DNA from: an uncultured Gemmatimonadales bacterium
GTDB lineage: Bacteria; Gemmatimonadota; Gemmatimonadetes; Gemmatimonadales; GWC2-71-9
NCBI GenBank assembly: GCA_963695555.1
Contig: CAVOGR010000001.1
Coordinates: 512,001 to 576,000, forward strand
DNA length: 64,000 bases
Direction: 5' to 3'
This document shows, piece after piece, positions 50,976 to 63,070 of the stretch (the first letter of the stretch is position 1; every line of letters begins with the position of its first letter). The translations under genes were made by a program, and so were the position numbers. Under the pieces are notes generated by a model that saw only the letters and a program-made list of their open reading frames with translations, was not told the origin of the DNA and ran no database searches.

Positions 50976-53900
50976 GTGCCTGACTCCTCGCCTTCGGCCC
51001 TGCTCGAGCGCCTCACCGCCGCCCTGCGTGAGGACTACGAGATCATCCGCCCCCTGGGGCGGGGGGGGATGGCCAGCGTGTTCCTGGCCCGCGAACGATC
51101 CCTCAATCGCCACGTCGCCTTGAAGGTGCTCGACCCCATGCTGGGTGAAGGCCCGTTGTTCCGGGCTCGCTTCCAGCGCGAGGCCGAAACCGTTGCCCAG
51201 CTTCAGCATCCGAACATCGTCCAGATCTTTCGCGTGGGCGAAGCGGACGGGCTCGCGTTCTACTCCATGGCCTTCGTTGAAGGGGAGAACCTGGCGGAAC
51301 GGCTCAAACGGGAAGGCCGCCTGCCGTCAGGCGAGGCCGTGCGGATTTGCAGCGAGATCCTCGCCGCGCTGAGTGCGGCGCACAGGCGCGGCATCATCCA
51401 CCGCGACATCAAGCCAGAAAATGTGCTCATCGAGCGGGAGTCCGGACGCGCATTGGTGACTGACTTCGGCATTGCCCGCATTGTGGCCCCAGGAGACACC
51501 CCGCCCGGCGAGGCGGCGGATCAGGAAAAGCTCACCGCCGTAGGCGTGGCCATGGGAACGCCGCGTTACATGAGTCCCGAGCAGGCCTCGGGGGAGCACG
51601 ACCTGACCGCGGCGTCCGACATCTACGCCCTCGGCATTCTGTTCTACGAAATGTTGAGCGGGGCCTATCCGTACGAAGTCGGCCCGACCCGCAACTACAT
51701 GATCGCGCATTTGACACACGAGGTGACCCCGCTCAGCGAGCGCATCGATGATGCGCCCGAGGTGATTCAGAGCGTCGTGGAGCAAATGCTGGCTCGGAAT
51801 CCGGAGGATCGGTTTGCCTCCGCAGACGAGGTGACCGACAGGTTGGCGGCGACGGGGCTTGCCGCAACCGGGCCGATTCGGGTTCCAGCCCGGCGCTCGG
51901 CGAGCCAATGGCGGCGATATGCTCTCGGTGCCCTCGGCGGCGTCGCGGTCATTGCACTGGGTGGTGTGTTGTTGATGGGGCGGGGTGGCGGAGTGCCCGA
52001 CGGGGTTGATCCGCGCCAGTCGATCCTGATCGGCTTCTTCGATAACACGAGGCAAGACCCGGACCTCGAGTGGCTCCGGTTCGGGGGGGTCGAGCTGTTG
52101 GCGCGGTCGCTGGGGCGCTGGCAAGACCTGCAGGTGGTGGAGTCGGAGCGACTGCTCGATTTGGCGCGCCGAGAGGAGGTGGCGGAAGACCAGCCACTCT
52201 CGAGCGGCGATGCGATCAAGCTGGCCAAGTCCGCCGGCGTGTGGACCGCGACGGTCGGGTCGGTCATCAAGCTCGGCGACGAGATTCAACTGACGGCCAA
52301 CGTGTACGACGTGGCGACGGGGAATCGGCTCTCGACCGCGTCGGCTACGGCCGGCTCCGATACGGCGCTGGCCATGGCCTTCGACAGCCTGGCCAATCAG
52401 TTGCTCGATGTTGCCGGTGCTCCACGGTCGGCACGGCTCGACGTCGAGCCGCCTACCAAGTCCATTGATGCCTATCGGGCATACATCCGGGGTATCGAGG
52501 CCACCAGCCGCTGGAACATTACCGGCGCCAGGGACGAATTCCGGCGGGCGGTCGATCTCGATTCGTCCTTTGCCCTGGCCTACTACCAGCTGAGCTCGGT
52601 TACCGGTTTCTTCGAGCAGACATCTCCGGCACCCACGTTTATCGCACTGGCCGATAGCGCGCTCCGGCATTCCACCCAGCGCCCGCCGAAAGAGCGTCTT
52701 TTGATCCAGGCGTTCCACGCCTACGTCAACGCGGATTTCGAGCAAGCCAAGTCGCTCTACCGCGAGCTGCTGGCGCAGGATTCGACCGTGGTGGACGCGT
52801 GGACCGGCTTCGCCTCGGCTTCGCTCATGGACTTGACCCTGAGGACCGATTCCACCGGCAAAGAATACTACCCGTCGTCCCCCGGCGTCGCCCTCAAGGG
52901 CTTCCGCCGAGCGCTCGAACTGGACGCAAGCGACTACGGCGTGTATCCGGCCGTCTCGAACTTGCTGTTGCTCGCGTCGCAGGAAGAATCGCCGGGACTC
53001 CCGGCGTTCAGCGAGCCACCGCCGGGTGCAATCAACACGATCGGCCGGCAAGGTCGGCCGGTGCGGTATTACACGGTGCTCTACGTTGGTGATTCGCTGA
53101 TCACGGTTCGGGACGACTCGTTGGAGATCCGATACTCAGCCGAGGTTCTGGACTCGCTTCGCGCCCGGGCCCGCGTCATTTCTCGGGACCATCTGCGTCG
53201 GTGGATCAGCCTCGCTCCGGATCAGGGGCAGCCTCACTTCTTCCTGGCGAACAACTTGGCGGTGGACCGGCAATTCGATAGCGCTTTGATATCGTTGGCC
53301 GAGGCGAAGCGGCTGGGGGCACAGTGGACGGTGCCCATTGAACTCGTTCAGCTGAGCTGGGCGCTCGAGGGGCAGTTGTTCGATCAGGCGATGGCCCACG
53401 GCGATTCGCTGCTGGCCCAGCCCCAGTGGTCAGGAGATCTGCCACCGGAGCGGGCCGTCATCACGGGACCGATCATGGGTTATCGGCTGCTTCGGGGGCA
53501 GGTGGCCGAGGCGGGCCGCGTGGCCGATCAACGATACCAAGCTGCGAGGCAGTTCGGCGCGGACTCTGAACGCCTCGCCCGGCTCGATCTCGCGGGGCTA
53601 TCGACCCGGTTGCGGGCCGCGGCCTCGATCGATGCCGTGTCCCGACAGCTTCTCACCCGGACACTCGACTCAGTGGCCGGGTTGATCCGGATATTCCCCG
53701 ATTCGGAGCAGGTGAGGATTCGGCAGGGCCTCCGCTGGCCCGTGCTGTTGGGTGCCGCGACCCTGGGCGACACGGCGCAGGTGAGGATTTGGCGCGAGCT
53801 GGCAGAGGACGGCCGCGATACCGGCATCGATGCGTGGGCGGCCATGGTGGCGGGTGACCGGGATCTCGCGGAGCGGCGTTTCATGGCTGCCAAACCTGAC

Positions 53901-54254
53901 ACCTCCGAGGCGCCGGTCCACGTGGCCGCCATGGCCCGAACAGCCGAAGCCTTGGGCCGGCCCGAGGAGGCCATACAGTACTACACCGTTATGGATACCC
54001 TCAGATACACGGCGGCGGTCCAGGCGGGACCGGACGCCGACTGGCTGCTGTTAGTGCGTTCCTACGCCCAGCGCGCCGCGGTGTACGAGTCCCTGGGCCA
54101 GCGGGCGCGGGCAATGGAGTACTACCGCAAGTTTCTCGAACTCTGGGACGAACCGGACCCCGCCCTCCAACCGGAGCGGGATTTGGCCCGGCGGGCGTTG
54201 GCGGAATTGGAGCGGGCCGATCGGGCGGATGCTCCGGCCGATGCGGCGCCCTGA
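50976..54254 (+). CDS. Hanks-type Ser/Thr protein kinase with TM helix and TPR-rich extracytoplasmic region
   Basis: GRGGMA, VALK, HRDIKPEN, DFGIA, GTPRYMSPEQ, DIYALG; TM helix; TPRs. Confidence 0.93.
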   Translation: MPDSSPSALLERLTAALREDYEIIRPLGRGGMASVFLARERSLNRHVALKVLDPMLGEGPLFRARFQREAETVAQLQHPNIVQIFRVGEADGLAFYSMAFVEGENLAERLKREGRLPSGEAVRICSEILAALSAAHRRGIIHRDIKPENVLIERESGRALVTDFGIARIVAPGDTPPGEAADQEKLTAVGVAMGTPRYMSPEQASGEHDLTAASDIYALGILFYEMLSGAYPYEVGPTRNYMIAHLTHEVTPLSERIDDAPEVIQSVVEQMLARNPEDRFASADEVTDRLAATGLAATGPIRVPARRSASQWRRYALGALGGVAVIALGGVLLMGRGGGVPDGVDPRQSILIGFFDNTRQDPDLEWLRFGGVELLARSLGRWQDLQVVESERLLDLARREEVAEDQPLSSGDAIKLAKSAGVWTATVGSVIKLGDEIQLTANVYDVATGNRLSTASATAGSDTALAMAFDSLANQLLDVAGAPRSARLDVEPPTKSIDAYRAYIRGIEATSRWNITGARDEFRRAVDLDSSFALAYYQLSSVTGFFEQTSPAPTFIALADSALRHSTQRPPKERLLIQAFHAYVNADFEQAKSLYRELLAQDSTVVDAWTGFASASLMDLTLRTDSTGKEYYPSSPGVALKGFRRALELDASDYGVYPAVSNLLLLASQEESPGLPAFSEPPPGAINTIGRQGRPVRYYTVLYVGDSLITVRDDSLEIRYSAEVLDSLRARARVISRDHLRRWISLAPDQGQPHFFLANNLAVDRQFDSALISLAEAKRLGAQWTVPIELVQLSWALEGQLFDQAMAHGDSLLAQPQWSGDLPPERAVITGPIMGYRLLRGQVAEAGRVADQRYQAARQFGADSERLARLDLAGLSTRLRAAASIDAVSRQLLTRTLDSVAGLIRIFPDSEQVRIRQGLRWPVLLGAATLGDTAQVRIWRELAEDGRDTGIDAWAAMVAGDRDLAERRFMAAKPDTSEAPVHVAAMARTAEALGRPEEAIQYYTVMDTLRYTAAVQAGPDADWLLLVRSYAQRAAVYESLGQRARAMEYYRKFLELWDEPDPALQPERDLARRALAELERADRADAPADAAP

Positions 54255-54455
54255 GGCTTCACAAGGAATTCGGGGTTCGTTCACAAGCGGAGGGCTAAGA
54301 TGAGTCATCCGTGAGGCTTGGGCCCCAATGGCCTTGGGTCTTGCGCTCGACCCATTTTGAGCCATAGTGTCATGGTCCAAGCCCACGAGCGAGCGCTAGC
54401 CGGCCGGCCAATTGGGTCCAGCCCGCTGCAGGAAGTGTCCTAAAGTGGTGAGATT

Positions 54456-55667
54456 ATGAAACCGAATGCTATGCTGAGCCTTCGCCGGATGACCCTCCGA
54501 TCAACCCAGGTGGCCGTCGCCGTGGCCGGCCTCATCCTGCTCCCTCAGTCGGTGGGATCGGCCCAGGAGCCGGCCCAGAACGCCATGGCCGGTTCGTGGG
54601 TCTTCGGGGCCAAGGGCTGCTCCGCCTGCCACGCCATCAATGGTCTCGGCGGTACCACCGCCCCGGACCTCGGCCGCGTTGGCGAGTTGCGCACGTTCTA
54701 CGACCTGGCCTCGGGCTTCTGGAATCACTACCCCAGCATGGTGGCCCAGATGCGAGCGCAAGGCATCGAGCCGCCCCACATGAGCCCCCGTGAGATGGGC
54801 GACTTGATCGCCTTTCTCACCTCGATCAACTACTTCGACGAGCCCGGCAACGTCGACCGCGGCAAGCAGTTCTTCGCGGAGAAGGAGTGTGTTCGCTGCC
54901 ATCAAGTGGCAGGTGTTGGGGGTGTCGTCGGGCCGAGCCTGGACTACCTGGGCCAGATGGGCTCGTTCATTCAAGTTGCCACCGCGATGTGGAACCATGG
55001 GCCCGCCATGGCCGAAGCGATGCAGACGCTCAAGATCCGGCGTCCGTCGTTTACGGCTTCCGAGTTGACCGATCTGATCGCTTATCTGCGCCAAGCCGCT
55101 CCAGGCCCGCCGGAAGGCCCCATGTATGTTCTCCCCGGTCGCGCGGAGTTGGGTCGGCAGTGGTTTGTCGAAAAGGGATGCCTCGAATGCCATAGCATTC
55201 GGGGCCAGGGTGGTGGGAGTGCTCCGGACCTGGCCAGCCGGGCCCGGCCGCCGAGCCTGGCTGAATTTTCCTCGATGATATGGAACAAGGCACCGGCCAT
55301 GCTTCGGGCCATGCGGGTCCGGGGAACAGACGTGCCCAAGCTCGAGGTAAGCCAGATGGCGGACATCGTGGCCTACCTCTACTCGATTCGCTACTTTCAG
55401 CGCTTGGGCAACCCAACAGCGGGGCGACGCCTGGTTCAGAACCGCGGCTGCCTCGGCTGCCACGCGCTGGGTGGGCAAGGGCGCAACGACGCTGGCGACC
55501 TGACGACGATCGAGGGGCTGGACTCGCCCACGGCCGTGATCGCCGCCATGTGGAACCACGGCCGGGTCATGACCGGCCAAGCCCAGGGACGCATCATTTG
55601 GCCAACACTGCTGCCGGAAGAAATGGCGGACATCGCGGCGTTCTTCATCGAATCAGGCTCCAAGTGA
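54456..55667 (+). CDS. Tetraheme c-type cytochrome (four repeated class I domains)
   Basis: CSACH, CVRCH, CLECH, CLGCH, each followed by a (M/I/F)WN(H/K)xxxM motif; signal peptide. Confidence 0.92.
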   Translation: MKPNAMLSLRRMTLRSTQVAVAVAGLILLPQSVGSAQEPAQNAMAGSWVFGAKGCSACHAINGLGGTTAPDLGRVGELRTFYDLASGFWNHYPSMVAQMRAQGIEPPHMSPREMGDLIAFLTSINYFDEPGNVDRGKQFFAEKECVRCHQVAGVGGVVGPSLDYLGQMGSFIQVATAMWNHGPAMAEAMQTLKIRRPSFTASELTDLIAYLRQAAPGPPEGPMYVLPGRAELGRQWFVEKGCLECHSIRGQGGGSAPDLASRARPPSLAEFSSMIWNKAPAMLRAMRVRGTDVPKLEVSQMADIVAYLYSIRYFQRLGNPTAGRRLVQNRGCLGCHALGGQGRNDAGDLTTIEGLDSPTAVIAAMWNHGRVMTGQAQGRIIWPTLLPEEMADIAAFFIESGSK

Positions 55668-56960
55668 GGGGCCCCATCGCCATCGCCGTTCTCGTGTTGG
55701 GGGCGGCGTCGGCGCTTCCGCCGGCTTTGCTGGCGCAGGCTCCCGAGAAGGGGTCCTGCGTCACCTGCCACGAGATCCTTCCCGATGCCCGCCTGTCCGA
55801 CCCCGTCAAGGCCTATACGGGTGACGTGCACGCGGCCAAGGGCTTCGGGTGTGTGGCCTGCCACGGCGGCGACCCGACCGTGGCCGGCATGGCCGCAATG
55901 GATCCGGCCAAAGGGTACATCGGCAAGCCCGAGAGGGAACAGCTTGCCTCACTGTGCGGCCGGTGCCATTCGGACGCGCAGTTCATGCGGCAGTACAATC
56001 CGTCGCTCCGGGTCGACCAAGAACGCGAATACTTGACGTCGGTGCACGGCCAGCGGTTGATGCGAGAGGGCGATACGCAGGGTGGCCACGTGTGTGGGCT
56101 GCCACCCGGCGCATACCATCCGGCCGCCCTCAGATGCGAATTCGAGCGTGCACCCGCTGAAGGTCGCCGAGACCTGCGGCGCCTGCCACGCGAGCGCGGA
56201 CTACATGGCCTCCGTACGGCATCCCTACGGACCAGCAGGAGAAGTACGAGCAGAGCGTCCACTGGACCATGCTCAGCGAGCAGCACGATCTCTCCGCTCC
56301 GACCTGCAACGACTGCCACGGGAACCACGGCGCGGCCCCGCCTGGCGTGTCCTGGGTGGGCAACACCTGCGGGCAATGCCATTCGGTCATGGCGGACTAC
56401 TTCGCGCAGAGCCTCCACGCGCAAGGTGTTCCCCATGCTGGGCGTGCCCGGGTGCGCCGCCTGCCACAACAATCATGCGATATTGCGCGCGCGAGTGACG
56501 AGCTGCTCGGCTTCGGTGAGGGAGCGGCCTGCGTCAAGTGCCACAAGCCCGAGTCGGCGAGCGGTGGAGAAGATCCAGGCCATGCGCTCGCTGCTCGATT
56601 CGTTGATTCTCTCTGCGCACCGAGCCGATTCGCTCCTGTTGCGGGCGGAGAATTCCGGGCGTCGAGGTGAGCCAGGCCCTGTTCGACCTCGATGGATGCG
56701 CAGACGGCCTTGGTACAAGCCCGGGCCGCGGTGCATGCCTTCGTGGTCGACTCCGTCGCGGCCCATGTCAATGCGGGGCTGGTGATTACCGACACTGCTT
56801 TTGCCCGGGGGGATCGGGCCATGGGTGAGCTTCGGTTTCGGCGGACCGGGCTGGCCGTATCGGTGGGCATCATCCTGCTGTTGATTGCGGGGCTCGTGCT
56901 CCGCATCCGCGAAATCGACCGCAAGGCGTCCACCGACCTAACTCGAGGACACGTGCATGA
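55664..56960 (+). CDS. Multiheme cytochrome c (about nine CxxCH) with C-terminal TM anchor; reading frame broken by about eight indels
   Basis: CVTCH, CVACH, CGRCH, CVGCH, CGACH, CNDCH, CGQCH, CAACH, CVKCH recovered across frames; C-terminal LAVSVGIILLLIAGLVL. Confidence 0.8.
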
Positions 56961-57439
56961 CCGAGCTTGGGCAGTCCCCCGGCCAACCACGCAGGAGATT
57001 CGTCGAGTGGCTGATGAGCCGAACGCTAACCACCTGGTTGCTCAGCACCGGCGTTGGGGGGCTGGTTGCGGCCATCATGTACCCCGCCGGCCGTTACATC
57101 GTTCCTCCCGAGGCCGGAGAATCCGCGGCGGGCACGGTGACACTGCCGTTTCCTCCTGAAGAAATCCAGCCGAACGAGGGCAAGATCTTCAAGTTCGGCA
57201 GCCGTCCGGGCATTCTCGTCCGGTCGGCTACCGGCGACTTGCGGGCGTTCTCCGCTACTTGCACCCACCTCGGCTGCATCGTGCAATACCGGCCGGACAT
57301 TGGCCATATCTGGTGTGCCTGTCACAATGGCCACTTCGACCTGAGCGGTCACGTGGTGCAAGGACCGCCGCCTGAGCCGCTCGAGAGCTTCGTGGTGAAC
57401 GTGCGCGGCGATCAGATCGTCGTGAGCAAGGGCGCCTGA
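56957..57439 (+). CDS. Rieske 2Fe-2S subunit of a Rieske/cytochrome b complex
   Basis: CTHLGC and CACHNGHF boxes, GPPP, N-terminal RRRF plus TM helix. Confidence 0.95.
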   Translation: MTELGQSPGQPRRRFVEWLMSRTLTTWLLSTGVGGLVAAIMYPAGRYIVPPEAGESAAGTVTLPFPPEEIQPNEGKIFKFGSRPGILVRSATGDLRAFSATCTHLGCIVQYRPDIGHIWCACHNGHFDLSGHVVQGPPPEPLESFVVNVRGDQIVVSKGA

Positions 57440-57440
57440 C

Positions 57441-58539
57441 ATGCCGCGCATGCGCATGTGGCTGGACTCGCTCGGGGCGTATCTCGAAGACCGTATCGGG
57501 TTCGACGGCCTGCGGAAGCTTGCCAAGAAGAAGGACGTGCCGGTGCATCGGCACACGCATCTGGTACTACCTGGGTGGGATGACCCTCTTCCTCTTCATC
57601 GTCCAAGCTTCGGCACTGGCGTGCTCCTCCTGTTCTACTACCGACCCAGCGCCGAAGAGGCGTACGAGTCGATCCAGTTCCTCATGGCCGAGGTGACGTT
57701 CGGCTGGTTGGTACGCTCCATCCACCATTGGGCCGCCAACCTGATGATCGTCACGCTGTTCCTCCACTGTTCAGCGTGTTGCTCGTGAAGGCGTACCGGC
57801 CGCCGCGTGACCTCACCTGGTACTCTGGTGTCGCGCTCTTCGGGTGGCCCTGGCGTTCGGCTTTACAGGATACTTGCTCCCGTGGAACGAGTTGGCCTAC
57901 TTCGCCACCCGGGTCGGGACCGAAATTACGGGAGCCTTTCCGATCGTCGGCGATTTCCTCCTCCGCGTGGCCCGCGGCGGAACGGATGTGACGGGTGCGA
58001 CCCTGACACGATTCTACGCGATCCACGTGGCCGTCTTGCCGGCAGCCACGACCGCGATTCTCGGCCTCCACTTGTTCTTGGTGCAGAAGCACGGCATGAG
58101 CGTCCCGCTGAGCGTGGAGCGCGAGGGTGGCTCGCGCCGTGCCATGCCGTTCGTCCCGAACTTCCTGCTTCGGGACTTGGTGGGTTGGCTCGTCGCGCTC
58201 GCGATCCTTGCTGCGCTCGCCGCCTTCATTCCTGCGGAACTGGGCAGCAAGGCGGATCCCTTTGCGCCGGCCCCGGCAGGGATCAAGCCGGAATGGTATT
58301 TCATGTTCATGTTCCAGACCCTCAAGTACCTGCCGGCCCACATCCTCGGCATCGAGGGCGAGGTGGTGGGCATCCTGGGCTTCACGTTCGCAGGCCTCCT
58401 GCTGCTGCTCGTCCCGGTGCTGGACCGGCGAGGCGCACGCGGCGAGTCAAGCAAGGTGTTCACGTGGATCATCATCGGCGCCATTGTGTACATCATCGTG
58501 TTGACGTACCTCGGCTACACTGCCAATCCAACGGGGTAG
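57441..58539 (+). CDS. Cytochrome b of a Rieske/cytb complex; frame broken by about four indels
   Basis: [31 protein letters not shown]...LH and PEWY motifs recovered across frames. Confidence 0.88.
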
Positions 58540-58640
58540 GATCTGCAGTGTGAGCTGAGCTCGAGGCGGTGTTGAGTCCTTGGGCGAGCGGCTTCCCCCC
58601 TTCGGCCGCCACCCATCCTGAGACCCGGATGGAGGTGCGG

Positions 58641-59084
58641 ATGCCAACTGTTACCGATCGCATCAGCTCGGCCTGGACCACGGTCAAATGCCCGGGCTGC
58701 GGCAAGAACGTGGTTCCTTCGACCGGACCAGTTTCCGGGGCTCCGCCCCCGACTGCCGGCGATAGCGCCAAGCGGTGGTCCTTCATCTGGCTCCAGCCGA
58801 GCGGGGCCATCTGCCCGGAGTGCTTCTTCCCCCTTGCCCGCTACGCCAAGCGGCAAAAATGGGTGCAGCTGTTCATCATGGGCGTCGTGTTGGCGACGAC
58901 CTCGATTTTGATCTTCATTCTCGCCTTGCTGAGTGGGTTCGAAACGTGGCTCCGGCTCGTGCTCCGGATTACGTCTGTCGCTGCTGTCCTGGCGCTCGTG
59001 GTCGGGCTCGTCGGCATCATCGTAGGGGGCCGTCGTACGGAGGAGCCTCCCTCCGGCGGGCCACGCCAGCCACCGAGTTCGTAG
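58641..59084 (+). CDS. Hypothetical zinc-ribbon membrane protein
   Basis: CPGC...CPEC followed by two TM helices; GGAGG RBS before ATG 58641. Confidence 0.65.
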   Translation: MPTVTDRISSAWTTVKCPGCGKNVVPSTGPVSGAPPPTAGDSAKRWSFIWLQPSGAICPECFFPLARYAKRQKWVQLFIMGVVLATTSILIFILALLSGFETWLRLVLRITSVAAVLALVVGLVGIIVGGRRTEEPPSGGPRQPPSS

Positions 59085-59178
59085 CGCGGCCGGGAGGTCG
59101 CCCGGACGGTACGACAAATCCCCTGCGAGCATGCTCGCAGGGGATTCGTCGTGGTGGGTGCCCCCGATCGGGACGGCG

Positions 59179-61134
<1,956 letters not shown>

Positions 61135-61482
61135 CTACCTCGTTGGGTGTGCGTGATGGTCGTCGTGCTGGGGCCGGCTGATACGCCCGGGAATCCAGCG
61201 AATACCGGCGATGCGTCCCTTTCGTTCCTGGTTGATCCGCGCCAGGATCCGCGGCGTCATGAGGCCGAGTTCCGTCGCCCACGGTGCCGTCGCCACCCGG
61301 ACCCGAAGCACGCCATCCGGACTCACGGATTCCGGTTCGGTTACCGCCGCAATCTGGCTGCCGACCAGCTCGGGCCACTCGTCGAGCACCCGCACCTGGT
61401 CCAATCGCTTGGTCCACTTGCGGCGAGCGAAGAAACTCGCCAGCGCGTCCCCAATGGAGGTAACCGGCCGCTTCTCTCTCAT
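61135..61482 (-). CDS. dciA: DUF721 / DciA family protein
   Basis: W.ELVG..IA..T...DGVLRV..AT..WA.EL pattern; located between recF and gyrB. Confidence 0.85.
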   Translation of the reverse strand: MREKRPVTSIGDALASFFARRKWTKRLDQVRVLDEWPELVGSQIAAVTEPESVSPDGVLRVRVATAPWATELGLMTPRILARINQERKGRIAGIRWIPGRISRPQHDDHHAHPTR

Positions 61483-61507
61483 GCCGCCAGCCGCCTCGAC
61501 ACCAAAC

Positions 61508-62584
61508 TCAGCATGTGACTCGTCCTTCCGTGACCGTCCACACCGGCAGGGAGAGCGTTCGTGGCAGCTCGTCGCGACGCGGTGCCGATACGAACACCTG
61601 ACGGGTCTCACCACGATGCAGGCGTTCGACCAACCGTTCCTGCCGGTCCGCGTCCAACTCCGCGAACACGTCGTCCAGTACCAGGGCCGGCTCGGTTCCG
61701 GTCGCCTCGGCGAGCGTGGCGAGTTCGACCAGCTTCAGCGCGATCGCGGCGCTACGCTGCTGGCCGGTGGAGCCGTACTCCCGGAGCGCCCGTCCGTCGA
61801 TCTCGAGAATCAGATCGTCGCGATGGGGCCCGATGGTGGTCGTTCCCTTGCGGGAATCGACATTCCAGGAGGCCTCGAGCGCGTCGGGCCATGCCTCGAG
61901 TGCCGACAGCTCCTCCCGCCCGCGGTACCGCATGCCGACGCTCGCCGTTTCTCCGAGTGTCGCGAACTCCCTCGCGAACGCCACCGCCGCCGGGCCGGCC
62001 CATCTGGCGCGGCCCGCGACGATCTCTGCCCCGGTCGCGGCGAGGGCTACGTCGAAGGCGCGCACCACCTCGCGGCGCTGGGTCCGGAGCGCCGCATTGC
62101 GCTGAGCCAGGACCGCCCGGTACCGCGAGAGTGCGGTGAGATATCCGCGATCGGCCAGGCAGAGCAGCCGATCCACGTACCGACGTCGCTCAGCGGCTGA
62201 CCCGGAGGCCAGCACCACATCGGATGGGAGGAACGCCACGGCAATCCAACGGCCCAGTCCCTCCAGCATGCGCTCCGGTTCCGTGCCGTCGATCTCTACC
62301 CGCTTCCGCTTCGGTGCGACCCGGAAATCCGCCGAGATCGTCCCGGCTCGGCCGTCGCGCCGGACCCGGTTCTCAACGCGAAACCCGGGACCTCCAAATC
62401 CGACGACTTCCCGGTCCGCGGCTCCCCGGAAGGAGCGAAACAACACCGGGTAGTAGACGGCCTCGAGCAGGTTCGTTTTCCCTTGGGCGTTGGCTCCAAG
62501 AAGGGCGACACCGTCCTTGGGCAGCGACAATTCCATCGACGCCAGGTTGCGGAACCCTCGCACCACCACGTCTTCCAGCCACAC
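61508..62584 (-). CDS. recF: DNA replication and repair protein RecF
   Basis: FRNL, GANAQGKTNLLEA, RRRYVD, GPHRDDL, STGQQR, LDDVFAELD. Confidence 0.96.
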   Translation of the reverse strand: MWLEDVVVRGFRNLASMELSLPKDGVALLGANAQGKTNLLEAVYYPVLFRSFRGAADREVVGFGGPGFRVENRVRRDGRAGTISADFRVAPKRKRVEIDGTEPERMLEGLGRWIAVAFLPSDVVLASGSAAERRRYVDRLLCLADRGYLTALSRYRAVLAQRNAALRTQRREVVRAFDVALAATGAEIVAGRARWAGPAAVAFAREFATLGETASVGMRYRGREELSALEAWPDALEASWNVDSRKGTTTIGPHRDDLILEIDGRALREYGSTGQQRSAAIALKLVELATLAEATGTEPALVLDDVFAELDADRQERLVERLHRGETRQVFVSAPRRDELPRTLSLPVWTVTEGRVTC

Positions 62585-63006
62585 TACTGCAGGACCACGC
62601 GCCGAAAGGCGGTGTCACCGCGCTCGCCTAACAGGTCGAAGCCGAAGATGCCGACGGTGACGGTGTCTCCTGCCGCGAGTCCGCTGGTAGGTACCGTGAA
62701 GCTGAACAGTACCGTGTCGGCGTCGGTGTTGAGTGGCGGGAGCGTGAAATTCGCCCCGATCACGTCGAAGATCACGACGTCGACCCCGTCGAGATCCACC
62801 GCGAGTCCCGCCACCAGGACGTTGGAGCCAAGAACAACGGTGGTATCCTGGCTCGGCACCTGGATGTCGACGACCGGACCGAGGCCGCTATTGGGACCGA
62901 GAAACGAAGGCCGCTCACGGTCCACGCAGGCCGACGACCACAGGGCCACGACGAAGAGGGCCCCCACGCCCAGCCGGCCCAGAGGCACGCTCGATCCCAA
63001 ACTCAT
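62584..63006 (-). CDS. Hypothetical lipoprotein (Ig-like beta sandwich)
   Basis: Lipobox-like WSSAC, beta-rich body. Confidence 0.65.
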   Translation of the reverse strand: MSLGSSVPLGRLGVGALFVVALWSSACVDRERPSFLGPNSGLGPVVDIQVPSQDTTVVLGSNVLVAGLAVDLDGVDVVIFDVIGANFTLPPLNTDADTVLFSFTVPTSGLAAGDTVTVGIFGFDLLGERGDTAFRRVVLQ

Positions 63007-63070
63007 CCCTGTAAATTAGCAGCATCCCGACCCAAATTGGAGCCGCTGCGGTCCCCTCGCTCGGGTCGAT

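Noticed and set aside
51327..53051. 574-aa minus-strand ORF
   Set aside because: Antisense shadow of the Ser/Thr kinase.
54328..54345. Possible sigma54 promoter TGGCCTTGGGTCTTGC upstream of the cytochrome operon
   Set aside because: GG-to-GC spacing is 11 nt rather than the strict 10.
55664..58539. Calling the cytochrome genes pseudogenes or programmed-frameshift genes
   Set aside because: Indel-only damage with intact cofactor motifs fits consensus error better; kept as CDS pending read inspection.
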